From a virus (lineage: Duplodnaviria; Caudoviricetes): a DNA stretch of 64,000 nt. The DNA is taken from positions 64,001 through 128,000 of IMG/VR virus record IMGVR_UViG_3300010352_001405; one strand, 5' to 3'. The notes beneath the pieces are model-generated. The model ran no database searches. It was not told the DNA's origin and was given only the letters and a program-made list of their open reading frames with translations. The translations under genes and the position numbers were made by a program. How positions within the stretch are numbered: position 1 is the stretch's first letter; each line of letters starts with the position of its first letter. This document shows positions 50,762 to 61,246 of the stretch, one piece after another.

Positions 50762-51205
50762 TTAATTTAATAAATTTTTAACTATTTTACTTACTAATTT
50801 CGTATCAGCTTTTCCTGAGAAAGTTTGATTTGCTTTCATCATAACTCTTCCCATATCTTTCATTGAATTTGCACCGATTTCTGTTATTATATCTTTTACT
50901 ACGGAAAATATTTCTTCTTCTGATAGTTGTTCCGGTAAATAATTCTTGAAGATATCTATAAGTACTTTTTCGTGATCGGCTAGATCAGATCTTCCACCGA
51001 TCGTATATTGATTTGCTGATTCTGTTCTTTGATTTACTAATTTTTGTATGAGTTTTAGGACTTGTTCATCCGATAGTTCTTTACCATCCTTCGATTTTTC
51101 TATTTGAATGGCTGTTTTGATTGTTCTGAGTGCTTCAGTTCTCTCTTCGAATTTACCAATCATAGATTTTCTAATGTCTTGGTCTATAATTTGTTCAATT
51201 TTCAT
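50762..51205 (-). CDS. GatB/YqeY domain protein
   Basis: ALRTIKTAI, QRTESANQY..GR.DLA, YLPEQLS, SMKDMGRVM, GKAD. Confidence 0.9.
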   Translation of the reverse strand: MKIEQIIDQDIRKSMIGKFEERTEALRTIKTAIQIEKSKDGKELSDEQVLKLIQKLVNQRTESANQYTIGGRSDLADHEKVLIDIFKNYLPEQLSEEEIFSVVKDIITEIGANSMKDMGRVMMKANQTFSGKADTKLVSKIVKNLLN

Positions 51206-51208
51206 AAT

Positions 51209-51394
51209 TTAATCTTTTATTAAAAATGTTAATTTATTAGTAATATTATCAATATAAACTAATCCCTGTTCGTGATTCAGAAATTCTTCTTGAGTTAATA
51301 CTTTTGGTCCTTCTCGTTCTGAATTCCCTTCGATTTTGATTTTTGAATAATATTTAGGATTAATCCTTTTTTTAGAATAATCTATTTTTTTCAT
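51209..51394 (-). CDS. Hypothetical protein
   Basis: 61-aa ORF in operon. Confidence 0.45.
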   Translation of the reverse strand: MKKIDYSKKRINPKYYSKIKIEGNSEREGPKVLTQEEFLNHEQGLVYIDNITNKLTFLIKD

Positions 51395-51544
51395 TTTTTT
51401 TCATATTTTTTGTTTTACTTCTATGAATTCTTTTAAATAAATTTGAAAAATTTCATCACATCTAACCATTACAGAGCGGCATAAAACTTTTTATATATCT
51501 TAATTTTTTACAAAATTAATAATAATTATTATAAAAACAAAATA

Positions 51545-51880
51545 TTAAAAATTAACAAATAATTCGTATTCTTTATCTCTATTTTCAGTATGAAAAATTA
51601 TTTTATCTTCTTTTAGATTAGGATCTAAAAAAACTTGAAGATTTAATAAATTTCCAACTTTTTTATATTCTTTAATTTCATCAATAATACCAACGTCAGA
51701 AACGAAAACAAAGTTAATTTCTCTAATATAATCTAATAATTTAAAATTTGTAGATATTAACTTATATTCAATGGGATTGTCTTCGTTATCAATCATTTTA
51801 TTATGAATTTCATATATTTTTTTTATTAAATAATATGATTTCATAGTATTTTTGGTTGTTGTAAGATCAATATTTTCCAT
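51545..51880 (-). CDS. Hypothetical protein
   Basis: 111 aa. Confidence 0.55.
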   Translation of the reverse strand: MENIDLTTTKNTMKSYYLIKKIYEIHNKMIDNEDNPIEYKLISTNFKLLDYIREINFVFVSDVGIIDEIKEYKKVGNLLNLQVFLDPNLKEDKIIFHTENRDKEYELFVNF

Positions 51881-52233
51881 TAAAATTTTATTTCTTTTAG
51901 ATGAGGAATGAGTTCATTTTGAATATCAATTATTGTGTAATTTGGATATTTTTCTTTTATATTTTCAAATAATGTATCAGCTTCTTTTTCTAATCTCTTC
52001 ACCTTTTTTCTAAATGGTTCCATTATATTTTCAATATATTTGAGATTTTTTTCAATATCCATTATTTTAGTTTTTAGAATATCTTCTTCGATATTAGATA
52101 ATAAATTTTCTTGAATTCCTGTTAATTCTTTTTTATATATGTTTATTTTTTCCTCACATTTAATGACATCATTTAAATTTTTGACATATTCGCGTCTTAT
52201 ATTTTTTGCTTGTTCTATAAATTTCTTATCCAT
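51880..52233 (-). CDS. Coiled-coil hypothetical protein
   Basis: 117 aa, heptad pattern. Confidence 0.55.
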   Translation of the reverse strand: MDKKFIEQAKNIRREYVKNLNDVIKCEEKINIYKKELTGIQENLLSNIEEDILKTKIMDIEKNLKYIENIMEPFRKKVKRLEKEADTLFENIKEKYPNYTIIDIQNELIPHLKEIKF

Positions 52234-52235
52234 AT

Positions 52236-53156
52236 TTATTTAATTTCTTCATCTTTTTTTGATTTAGATGTGTTTTTCTTTTTTGTTTCTTTTGAAGTTC
52301 TTGGGGTCCTTGGTTTCGTTTGTTTTTTTAAATCAGTAATTTTTTCATCTTCTTCGAAAATAATATTTTTTAATTTTTCATAAATTTTATTTTCCAAATA
52401 ACCAGGATCATTATAAACTCTATCCATGATTTGTTTAGTGTAGAATTTAATAATATCTCCTTCATAATTATTGATCATCATTTTTATGAATCCGGGTTCG
52501 GCTATTCTTTCATCAAAATCAACAGACAATTTTATTGGATACATTCTCTTAAAGGATTTAAAAAATCTAAATGATTCTTCATCAGCATCTACAAAGGATG
52601 GAACATTATGTTGTTGCTGTACATTAGATTCTTGACGTTCATTTGTTGTTGGTATATAATTTTCTTGAACTTGGGATTGTGATGAATCTATCATCTGATG
52701 TCTTAAAGATTTAACTGGTCTCTGTTGTTGAAGTTGTTTTTGTTTTCTTTCAAATTCAGCAGCCGCTTCATCTTCGTTTTCATATACTTTATATTGAGAT
52801 AAATCTTTATGGGCTTGTTCTTCTTGAAATTTTCTAAGTAACATTTCTTTATATTCCGGTGGAGCCGGTATTTGTTCTGATATTGCGTCTTGTAAATATT
52901 TAACGATTGGTTCGGCATTACCATCTATTGCGTTTCTAGAATCAATATTTTTAAATTGATCAACTAGATTAGCCAATCCAGCAGCAGATTGTTGTTGAAA
53001 AAAACTGCTGGTATCAACCATTTCTGAAAATTTTTGGAAAAAAATATCCTTTTTTATATTTGCGCCGTTACTCAAATTATAAAAAACACCATTGTCACTA
53101 TTTATAGTGACAATTTCTTGTGTTTCATTACTCTGAAATTTTTTATTTTGAAGCAT
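52236..53156 (-). CDS. Hypothetical protein
   Basis: 306 aa with Q-rich linker and basic tail. Confidence 0.6.
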   Translation of the reverse strand: MLQNKKFQSNETQEIVTINSDNGVFYNLSNGANIKKDIFFQKFSEMVDTSSFFQQQSAAGLANLVDQFKNIDSRNAIDGNAEPIVKYLQDAISEQIPAPPEYKEMLLRKFQEEQAHKDLSQYKVYENEDEAAAEFERKQKQLQQQRPVKSLRHQMIDSSQSQVQENYIPTTNERQESNVQQQHNVPSFVDADEESFRFFKSFKRMYPIKLSVDFDERIAEPGFIKMMINNYEGDIIKFYTKQIMDRVYNDPGYLENKIYEKLKNIIFEEDEKITDLKKQTKPRTPRTSKETKKKNTSKSKKDEEIK

Positions 53157-53380
53157 ATTACAAACTTTTATTTTCTTGTTTATATATATATTATAAGTTA
53201 TGAAGTTTAAATCTATTTTTCATTTTTAATTTTTTATATATAATGATGAAAATGTAAAAGTAGCAGATTTCCATCAAAATATGTGTTTAATGGTAGGATG
53301 GGATATAAGATTTAGATAAAATCAATAAAATAAACAATAAAATGAAACGTTAAATTTGAACAGAAAAAGAAACATAAAAT

Positions 53381-53878
53381 ATGAAAAGATACAAAGAATT
53401 AAAATATAGAGATAAAATAATTACAGAACAATCAGAAATTGATAGAATATTAATAGATAATAAATTTGATTGGTTTCTAGATTGTGAAGTTGAAAACTGT
53501 AGATTAGAGATATTAAAGAATCATCTAATATTTAATTCTGGTGTCTTCTTTAACGGAACATGGGTTTATGGTGTTTTTAGAGACGGTCAATGGAAATATG
53601 GAACATGGGAAGGTGGTGTGTGGTATAATGGGACTTGGTATAACGGAATATTTAAAAATGGTTTAATATTTGATGGGAGATTTCTTAACGGCAAAATTGA
53701 AGGTGGTGAAATAAGAGGAGGTGAATTCTTCGATATAAAAATAAGTAAAAACGTTATTAATACAATGATTAAAAAAGTAGAACAAAAACCAAAACAACAA
53801 AATACGGAAAAAAGTGAAATTGTACAACCAGAAAAAATAGAAGAAAAATATAAAATTAAAAGATTTGAAGACATATGA
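53381..53878 (+). CDS. (W/F)xxGx repeat protein
   Basis: GTWEGGVWYNGTWYNGIF; related to 32171..34192. Confidence 0.6.
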   Translation: MKRYKELKYRDKIITEQSEIDRILIDNKFDWFLDCEVENCRLEILKNHLIFNSGVFFNGTWVYGVFRDGQWKYGTWEGGVWYNGTWYNGIFKNGLIFDGRFLNGKIEGGEIRGGEFFDIKISKNVINTMIKKVEQKPKQQNTEKSEIVQPEKIEEKYKIKRFEDI

Positions 53879-54357
53879 AAACATTAGTAATATCTGCCTT
53901 TCCTGGTTGTGGCAAAACACATTTTTTCAATAATAATAAAGATAAAATTATATTGGATTCAGATTCTTCATTATTTTCTTGGATTGAAAAGGGAGTTCGA
54001 AATCCGGATTTTCCTGAAAACTATATTAAACATATTAAAAATAATATTGGGAAAGTTGATATTATTTTAGTATCATCACATAAAGTAGTAAGAGATGCTC
54101 TGGTCGAGAATGGAATAGAATTTACTTTGGTTTATCCGTCAAGAGATATAAAAAAGTCTTATATTCAAAGATATATAGACAGAGGAAGTGACGAAAATTT
54201 CATTAAATTATTAACTAATAAATGGGATGAATTTTTGGATGAACTTGAGAATCAACAACACTGTAAAAAAATAGAATTACAAAAAGGACAATATTTATCC
54301 GATATTATAGATAAATTGAATGAAAAATTCAAAATTAAAAAGTTTAAAGATTTTTAA
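53875..54357 (+). CDS. Small P-loop NTPase/kinase-like protein
   Basis: AFPGCGKT, DSDSS.FSW, RY..RG. Confidence 0.7.
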   Translation: MKTLVISAFPGCGKTHFFNNNKDKIILDSDSSLFSWIEKGVRNPDFPENYIKHIKNNIGKVDIILVSSHKVVRDALVENGIEFTLVYPSRDIKKSYIQRYIDRGSDENFIKLLTNKWDEFLDELENQQHCKKIELQKGQYLSDIIDKLNEKFKIKKFKDF

Positions 54358-54522
54358 TTCTCGCAAATTTTTTGTATCTTTGTTCATCTAAAAAACGAAC
54401 AATATGAAAAAGATAAAATATGATAGAACAAATTATTATCCCAGTTTAGGTGGGCACAATCTATTTTGTTGAAAATATAAAATACTCTAAAAACAAAAAT
54501 ATATTTTTATCATATATGTTTT

Positions 54523-56145
54523 ATGATTTCCATAGAAGAAAACTTAAATATATACTTTCCATTAGATTTAAAACCAAGGCAGCAACAAATTGAAATGCTC
54601 AATTTCACCAAAAATGCTATAAATAATAATAAACGCTTTATAATGTTAAACGCACCATTGGGTTCTGGTAAAAGTTATTTCAGTATAATGTTTATGAATT
54701 GGTACAGAAATTATTTGGACAATAATGCTAAATTTGACATAATAACCAACAGTAAAATACTTCAAGATCAATACAGAAACGATTTTGATTTCATTAATGA
54801 TCTCAGAGGTCAATCTAATTACAGATGTGATAGACATAGAACAGACTGCAGAACAGGAAAAGAGTTGAACAAATCACTCAAACAAATACCATGTACAAAT
54901 TGTCAATATGATATTGATAGACAAAAATGGATGACTGGTGATGTGTCTTTAACCAATTTTCATTTATATAACAGTTTTGCATTCTACGTTAGTGAAATTT
55001 TAGATTCTAGAAAAGCTAATGTTCTCATAATAGACGAAGCACATTTGTTCGAAGAAACTTTTTGTTCTTATATTTCCATTAAATTGAGTCCAAAATTATT
55101 AAAAAACTACGGTATTGAAAATTCAATAATAGAAAAATATGAAAAGAAATTCAATAATATAAAATCCGTTGGTCAATTTATAAATTTTCTAAATAATGAT
55201 TTTATACCATATATTGCTCAATTAAGAGAAAATTTTGAATTATCATTAAGTGATATTACAGAATCTAAAATTAAAGAGATATACGCTAAATTTATAGAAT
55301 ATATTGAAAATGCCGAAGAAAGATTCGACAATTTTTTGACATACTATGAAAAAAACGAGAATAATTGGATACTTGACTTTACAAAAGACAAAAATGGTGA
55401 AGTTGAACTTTTGATGCAACCAATTTGGGGAAATGTTTATTTGAATGATATTATTTTTTCCAGATATGATCATGTTATATTTATGAGTGGAACTTTATTG
55501 GATAAAGAAACATTTTCAAATATAAATGGAATAGATGTAAATTTATCAGATTATCAAGAAATAGATTCAGATTTTCCTATCGAAAACAGACAAATCTATT
55601 ATATAGATTGTGGTAAAATGAATTATGATAAAAAAAGAGAAACTTTTCAAAAACAAATACCGATAATAAAAAAAATATTGAAAAAATATGAAAACGAAAA
55701 AGGTATCATACACACAACAAATTACGAAATAAGTAATTGGATAAAAGAAAATATTAAAGACAAAAGATTAATTTTTCATGATTCAAATGATAGGGAAGAA
55801 ATGTTAGAAAAACATTTAAAAAACAAAAAATCATCGGTAATAGTAAGTCCAAGTATGTCTTCTGGGTTAGATTTAAATGAAGAATTATCGAGATTTCAGA
55901 TAATATTAAAAATTCCATTTCCAAATTTAGGATCCAATAAAATAAAAGCTAGAAAAGAATCCAACCCTGAATCTTATCGCATTAAAACCTGTCAAGATCT
56001 TATTCAGTCTTATGGTCGTAGTGTAAGATCAAATACAGATCATGCAGATACATTTATTTTGGATTCAAATTTCAACGATTTATTAAGATATAGTAGAAAA
56101 TATTTACCTAGATATTTTATCGATGCTGTGAAAAATCTCAGATAA
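54523..56145 (+). CDS. DinG/XPD-like SF2 helicase
   Basis: APLGSGKS, Cys cluster, IDEAH, MSGTL, GLDL, KIPFP, QSYGRSVR. Confidence 0.85.
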   Translation: MISIEENLNIYFPLDLKPRQQQIEMLNFTKNAINNNKRFIMLNAPLGSGKSYFSIMFMNWYRNYLDNNAKFDIITNSKILQDQYRNDFDFINDLRGQSNYRCDRHRTDCRTGKELNKSLKQIPCTNCQYDIDRQKWMTGDVSLTNFHLYNSFAFYVSEILDSRKANVLIIDEAHLFEETFCSYISIKLSPKLLKNYGIENSIIEKYEKKFNNIKSVGQFINFLNNDFIPYIAQLRENFELSLSDITESKIKEIYAKFIEYIENAEERFDNFLTYYEKNENNWILDFTKDKNGEVELLMQPIWGNVYLNDIIFSRYDHVIFMSGTLLDKETFSNINGIDVNLSDYQEIDSDFPIENRQIYYIDCGKMNYDKKRETFQKQIPIIKKILKKYENEKGIIHTTNYEISNWIKENIKDKRLIFHDSNDREEMLEKHLKNKKSSVIVSPSMSSGLDLNEELSRFQIILKIPFPNLGSNKIKARKESNPESYRIKTCQDLIQSYGRSVRSNTDHADTFILDSNFNDLLRYSRKYLPRYFIDAVKNLR

Positions 56146-57189
56146 TTTCTCTTCAATATTTTCATTGTATTTTACTCTAATTAATTTAATTTCATTATTT
56201 TTACAATATTCGTTTTTAATATTGTCTCTTATTTTATTTTCCATTAAAGCTTTTTCTCCACCGAAGTGTTTTATGATACAAAAGTGTTGTTGTCCATCAA
56301 ATTCTATACAGACATTATATTTCGATAAATAAAAATCAAATGACAATTTTTTAATGTATTTACAATCATCGAATGTTTTTTGTCTAATATATTCTATATT
56401 ATTTTGTTTTAAAAAATTGCGAATATTTCTTTCTCCATAACTTTCATTACAAATCGGACATCCTTTACCTCTCTGATGATTATCTGGAGTTTGTAAAAAA
56501 GAACCATGTTTTTTACAAACTATTTCAACTTTCTTTCCACCATCTATTTCAACTTTTGAATAATCGTATATTTCGCCGTGTTTCTGTATAGATTTTGTTA
56601 TAAAATCCATTTTCTTCAATCTTGATTTGTCGATGGAACATGAAGGACAACAACAATTCAAATGAATGCCTGGTTTTTGATAAAATTCACCATGCACCTT
56701 ACAAATAATTATGACTGGAGTTTTACTGTCTTTGTAATCGACCATTGAATAGTCATATTTATCTCCATGAAAGATTTTTGCCTTTTTTATAAAGTTTTCT
56801 GTGTTCGAATATTTTGCGCATTTAGGACATCCTTGTTTATAATGATTTGTTGGTCTTTGATAGAAAATGCCATGAACTTTACAAATTATTTTAATTTTAG
56901 TTTTGCTATCTTTTATTTTTGCTTCCGAATAATCATATACGTTGTTGTGTTTTTCAATAGACTTTTCAAAAAATTTTTGAAAAGTCATTTTTTTAGAGAT
57001 TATTCCACACAATTCACATCCTCTACCACTCAAATGTCCATTCGGAGATTGTTCAAACATTCCATGAATTTTACAAATTATTTTAATTTTAGTTTTTGTG
57101 TTTTTGTAATCGACTATTGAATAATCATATTTATCCCCATGAATTTTTATTGATTTTTCTATAAACTCTTCTTTATTTAATTTTCTCAT
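56104..57189 (-). CDS. Putative homing endonuclease (paralog of 25288..26370)
   Basis: YDYS..IICKxHG..GCxxC repeats; FDFY..CIEFDGQQH. Confidence 0.75.
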   Translation of the reverse strand: MRKLNKEEFIEKSIKIHGDKYDYSIVDYKNTKTKIKIICKIHGMFEQSPNGHLSGRGCELCGIISKKMTFQKFFEKSIEKHNNVYDYSEAKIKDSKTKIKIICKVHGIFYQRPTNHYKQGCPKCAKYSNTENFIKKAKIFHGDKYDYSMVDYKDSKTPVIIICKVHGEFYQKPGIHLNCCCPSCSIDKSRLKKMDFITKSIQKHGEIYDYSKVEIDGGKKVEIVCKKHGSFLQTPDNHQRGKGCPICNESYGERNIRNFLKQNNIEYIRQKTFDDCKYIKKLSFDFYLSKYNVCIEFDGQQHFCIIKHFGGEKALMENKIRDNIKNEYCKNNEIKLIRVKYNENIEEKLSEIFHSIDKISR

Positions 57190-57284
57190 GATTCTTTATT
57201 ATTGTAATTTAATCATATGACATATATTATATATTCTATTTTTTGTTTTTTTGAATTTTATATATAAATAAAAAACCTTTTTTA

Positions 57285-58112
57285 ATGATTAAAAAATTCG
57301 ATAATTTCGAAGAATGGAAGCCAAAATATAAAATAGGTGATATATTTTACTGGATATGGAATCCGGATTGGTGTATCCCCGATCGTTATGCAAATTCTCA
57401 ATGTAAATTGATAGAAATAAAACAAAGTAGTACTAGAAAACTTTTGATGAAAGTAAAATTTTTGAAAGATGATCGTCATATTAATTGGTGGTGTGATATA
57501 AAAGATTTAAAAACAGAAGATGAAATGTTAGATTTTTATATTAAACAAGAAGAAAATAGAGAAAAATATCAAGACATAGATCCTTATGGTGAAGAAATTT
57601 GGGAGAAACATAAAAGTAAAAAAATTTTTGAAAATTTCGAAATAGACAATAGTAAAATTTGGATAATAGGTGTCCCGAGTGGTGAAGCGTTATTAGTAGA
57701 TAGGGATAAACTCAATGAGTTGTATAATAATAAATTAATTAAATATTCCACTCAGTATTCTGAAACCGGTTTTTTTGTTTTTAACGATAATAATAAAGAT
57801 GAGATAATGAATTATATATCCCCAAAAATTGAGAACGATTATATTATATACGAAAATCAATTTGGAGATCAACTCATTAAAATGATTAAAATAATTCTCG
57901 ATAAATATCCATTTTATATAGAACTTTATGTAAACGAAGGATATATGACAATAAGTTATGAAAAATGTCATATAATGATTAAGAAAAACGTAATCGGACC
58001 AAAATATAAATTCGAAAAAAGAAATGAAAATATACTAATAGACGTTTATAACATACAAACTGATAAACTTTTAATGAAAAGAATTGAAATCGATTTAAAT
58101 ATAGAACTTTAA
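57285..58112 (+). CDS. Two-module hypothetical protein
   Basis: MIKKFDNFEE, KYKIGD, DPYGEEIW, internal KKIFENFE, GVPSGE. Confidence 0.6.
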   Translation: MIKKFDNFEEWKPKYKIGDIFYWIWNPDWCIPDRYANSQCKLIEIKQSSTRKLLMKVKFLKDDRHINWWCDIKDLKTEDEMLDFYIKQEENREKYQDIDPYGEEIWEKHKSKKIFENFEIDNSKIWIIGVPSGEALLVDRDKLNELYNNKLIKYSTQYSETGFFVFNDNNKDEIMNYISPKIENDYIIYENQFGDQLIKMIKIILDKYPFYIELYVNEGYMTISYEKCHIMIKKNVIGPKYKFEKRNENILIDVYNIQTDKLLMKRIEIDLNIEL

Positions 58113-58612
58113 TTACCTCGAGGCATTCTAATACCCATTTTATCCATGTCTTCAGACAATTCTTTGCGTTTTTCTACAAATTCCCTCTGTGATAAATTTT
58201 TATCTAATTTAAATTCTATATTTTCCTCCATGTTCATATCCAATTTAATTGGTTCTATTTCTTCATTGAGTATTTTATCCAGTATATCTGACAAATAAGT
58301 TCTTATTTCTATCTTATCATTATAAATAAATTTATATTCTTTATCCTGATCATAGATTCTAAATTCATTATTCCCCATACCATTATCAATATAAAATGAT
58401 AGAGATCCTATATTACCTGATTTGACAATATAATAATCATTTTTAAGTTGATATCTTTTTATAAATGGATCTTTGATCTTTATTATTACTTGACCAGGAC
58501 CCCTATTACCTTCTTTAGCAACTTGATTTGTTTTAGATGTGCCCAAATCTAAAGCGAATTCCTTAATAGCTCTAAATTTGCGAATCATATAGCTAGATGT
58601 AACTATTTCCAT
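58109..58612 (-). CDS. Hypothetical protein
   Basis: Likely start MEIVTSS at 58612. Confidence 0.55.
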   Translation of the reverse strand: MEIVTSSYMIRKFRAIKEFALDLGTSKTNQVAKEGNRGPGQVIIKIKDPFIKRYQLKNDYYIVKSGNIGSLSFYIDNGMGNNEFRIYDQDKEYKFIYNDKIEIRTYLSDILDKILNEEIEPIKLDMNMEENIEFKLDKNLSQREFVEKRKELSEDMDKMGIRMPRGN

Positions 58613-58637
58613 AATATATTTTTTATAGTATATATTA

Positions 58638-59213
58638 TTATAAAGAAGGTTGCTCTTCTTCGAGGGGAGTACCTTGTGGCGATGGAGGAGTACCTTGTGG
58701 TGTGGGTGTTTCTTGACCATTTGGCAACTGTGGTGGTGGCGTCGTTGTAGATTGTGATTGAGATGGTTCTTTTTCTTTTGGAACCTCTATTTTATTTTCG
58801 TCTGGATTTTCTTTTTTATCGTTCATTTTATCTATTTGTTGAATAACAAAATCTTCTTTTACATCATCTATTTTAACCTGTTTATCGTTTGTCAAATCTA
58901 TTTGAGCAATTGGTTTACCTCCACCAATTTGATCCATGTTATTTGGATCGTATTTTTTAATAATTAAATCACAATTTTCTAAATCTTCAATAAAGAATCT
59001 GATAATCATTTGATAATAGAATTCTGCGTCAGCAAAATTGACCATGATCGACCTTTTTGATGCATTTGGTGTTGTGCTTTTTGTCATTTCAACTGGAGTA
59101 GCACTTAGAGAAAAAGAACCATCTTGAAACCAATATGTTATTCTTTCTATTATTTTATTGATTATTTGATCCATTTCATAATCAGCTTGCATAAATTCCT
59201 CAAACATTTTCAT
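58638..59213 (-). CDS. Hypothetical protein with CTS-like leader and P/Q/T tail
   Basis: MKMFEEF; TPQGTPP. Confidence 0.6.
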   Translation of the reverse strand: MKMFEEFMQADYEMDQIINKIIERITYWFQDGSFSLSATPVEMTKSTTPNASKRSIMVNFADAEFYYQMIIRFFIEDLENCDLIIKKYDPNNMDQIGGGKPIAQIDLTNDKQVKIDDVKEDFVIQQIDKMNDKKENPDENKIEVPKEKEPSQSQSTTTPPPQLPNGQETPTPQGTPPSPQGTPLEEEQPSL

Positions 59214-59264
59214 ATTTATTGTAAAATTATTTTAATATATATATTAAAAAATTATATCATTAAA

Positions 59265-59480
59265 ATGATCAAAAAATTTTATCTTTTCGAAAAATATGAA
59301 GATGAACCTTACGATGAAGAAGATGAAGATATTTTCGAAATAGGTGATAGAGTGATAAAGAATGAAAGAATAAAACCTCCATTTGAATTAGATGGAAATG
59401 CAGTTGACGTACAATGACCTGCTGGTAGATGTTTTGAAACAATAGATCAATTAAAAAAAATAAAAGAAAATGAATAATTT
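59265..59480 (+). pseudogene. Small CTS-leader gene with premature TGA
   Basis: MIKKFYLFEKYEDEPYDEEDEDIFEIGDRV..VDVQ*PAGRCFET..ENE*. Confidence 0.4.
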
Positions 59481-59754
59481 ATTAAGTTATTTAGAATACA
59501 TTAGAGAAAATGACGGTGGAGGAGTGGCTTTTGCAACACCGAACGGGAATGGCATGGGAAATGTTGTATCTCCTACTGTTGGATCAACTCCTGGATCTGT
59601 ATGGCAATCAGGTTCTGGTCAAATTGGTAGTGGTGATATTGCATCAATGGGAAAGAAAATTGGTTCTTTTACAAATAAGCAAAAGAAATCCAAAAAAAAT
59701 AAAAGAACCAAAAGACAAAAACCGTTATATTATATGAAACAAAACATATTATGA
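59470..59754 (+). CDS. Gly-rich/basic small protein
   Basis: MNNLLSYLEYIRE; GMGNVV, GSGD, Lys-rich tail. Confidence 0.6.
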   Translation: MNNLLSYLEYIRENDGGGVAFATPNGNGMGNVVSPTVGSTPGSVWQSGSGQIGSGDIASMGKKIGSFTNKQKKSKKNKRTKRQKPLYYMKQNIL

Positions 59755-60047
59755 TAAAGAAATTTAACGAAAATTGGAATACTTTTTATGATTATATAAA
59801 AGGTGAATCCGAAAACAAAGTCAATTTTGATAAAAACATAGAAATAATTGGGCTTCCTACAGGTCAAATAATTTATATGACACCAAATCAGATTAAATAT
59901 TTTAAAAGTAGAGATTTCATAAGATTTATGAATACTTGGAAAAAACCAATATCTGGTGGTTTTATTCCAATAAAAGTAGAAAGATATTGTTTTGAAGATG
60001 TAAATTACAAAACAATAATAGATTTAATAGAAGCTATAACATGGTAA
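59751..60047 (+). CDS. Hypothetical protein (GxP(S/T)G family)
   Basis: MIKKFNE; IIGLPTGQ. Confidence 0.6.
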   Translation: MIKKFNENWNTFYDYIKGESENKVNFDKNIEIIGLPTGQIIYMTPNQIKYFKSRDFIRFMNTWKKPISGGFIPIKVERYCFEDVNYKTIIDLIEAITW

Positions 60048-60544
60048 AAAAATATAATTTATTTTTAGAATCTAACCAATATATATCAGAGTATATATTG
60101 GGAATACCCAGTGGTGAAATAATTTATATTAAAAATAGAGAAGACTTAAATATTTTAATAAGAAAAGACATAATAAGATTCGAAAATAGAGTCAATGATC
60201 AATCTGTTAATTGTTATTGTTTTAATGACGATAAGAAACATTTAGTAATCAATTATCTCAACATGGATAGTGAAATACCACATGATAAAATAAATATATG
60301 CAGTGATTTTCAAAAAGAAATTTCACGTATTATAGGAAAAAGAGTCGCCATTGGATACATGTCCCTTTTTGGATATTCTTATTATTACGCAATCATTCCC
60401 GATTTAAATATAAACAAAAGATTTTACGAACTAAAAAAAGAAGAATTGGATCATACGACAAATAGAATGCAAAGAAAATATCTATTTTCTCATTTTTATT
60501 ATAAAGAAAAAATGATAAATGATAAAATGAAATATCTCATGTAA
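60041..60544 (+). CDS. Hypothetical protein (GxP(S/T)G family)
   Basis: MVKKYNLFLE; ILGIPSGE. Confidence 0.6.
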   Translation: MVKKYNLFLESNQYISEYILGIPSGEIIYIKNREDLNILIRKDIIRFENRVNDQSVNCYCFNDDKKHLVINYLNMDSEIPHDKINICSDFQKEISRIIGKRVAIGYMSLFGYSYYYAIIPDLNINKRFYELKKEELDHTTNRMQRKYLFSHFYYKEKMINDKMKYLM

Positions 60545-60547
60545 AAT

Positions 60548-61246
60548 TTAATCATTTGTTTTAAGCAATTTATTAACTAAAGTGGGGTCATTTTTAAAGT
60601 CGTCTATTATCTTATTCCATTTTTTCTGATCAAAAATGACAACATCATCATCAGTTATTTGCTCTTGCGCTTTTTGATCTTCCATTTTTTGTTGTTCAAT
60701 AATTTCTTTGTGAATATATTCATCTCTTAATTCCTTATAAAAGGCTTTCATTTTTGTTAAAAGATCATTTATCATTTTAGAACTTTCTCTTATTTCTTTT
60801 TGATAAGAATTGACAGCAACATGCATATTTGGATCATTCGCACCAGCATCCAATTGTTTCATGCAATTAACTAATCCTAATTTAGCACAAGATAAAGAGA
60901 ATTTTATATTACTTATTTGTTCGGCATCATTCTTAATGATGCTTTTAACATTCTTTTTTTTCATGTGATCATCATCTAAATATAAACTAGAAATACAATC
61001 CAATGTTTCTTTAGCTTCTTCTTTAATAAGTTCAATATCTTTATCGTAATCATGATTGATATATTCAAAATCAATTCCAGGTAATAAATCTTTTGGTGGA
61101 ACTAAATCTTTAGATAGATTATCCATCTCACTTATCATTGAATTTATTTCGTTTTGCAGATTTCCTATATTAGATAATTTTTTATTCATATAATCTTTAT
61201 CTTCTTCTTGATCCTTATATTTTTTTGGACGTCCTCTAGTGGTCAT
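60548..61246 (-). CDS. Helical hypothetical protein with AT-hook-like RGRPKK
   Basis: Likely start MTTRGRP at 61246. Confidence 0.5.
   Translation of the reverse strand: MTTRGRPKKYKDQEEDKDYMNKKLSNIGNLQNEINSMISEMDNLSKDLVPPKDLLPGIDFEYINHDYDKDIELIKEEAKETLDCISSLYLDDDHMKKKNVKSIIKNDAEQISNIKFSLSCAKLGLVNCMKQLDAGANDPNMHVAVNSYQKEIRESSKMINDLLTKMKAFYKELRDEYIHKEIIEQQKMEDQKAQEQITDDDVVIFDQKKWNKIIDDFKNDPTLVNKLLKTND

Noticed and set aside
53240-53380. Possible ncRNA in a long intergenic gap
   Set aside because: Only a short ccatc/gatgg complementarity; not enough structure to call.
60548-61246. Terminase small subunit or the missing TerL C-half
   Set aside because: No intein C-terminal motifs and no TerL motifs; TerS identity cannot be supported by eye.
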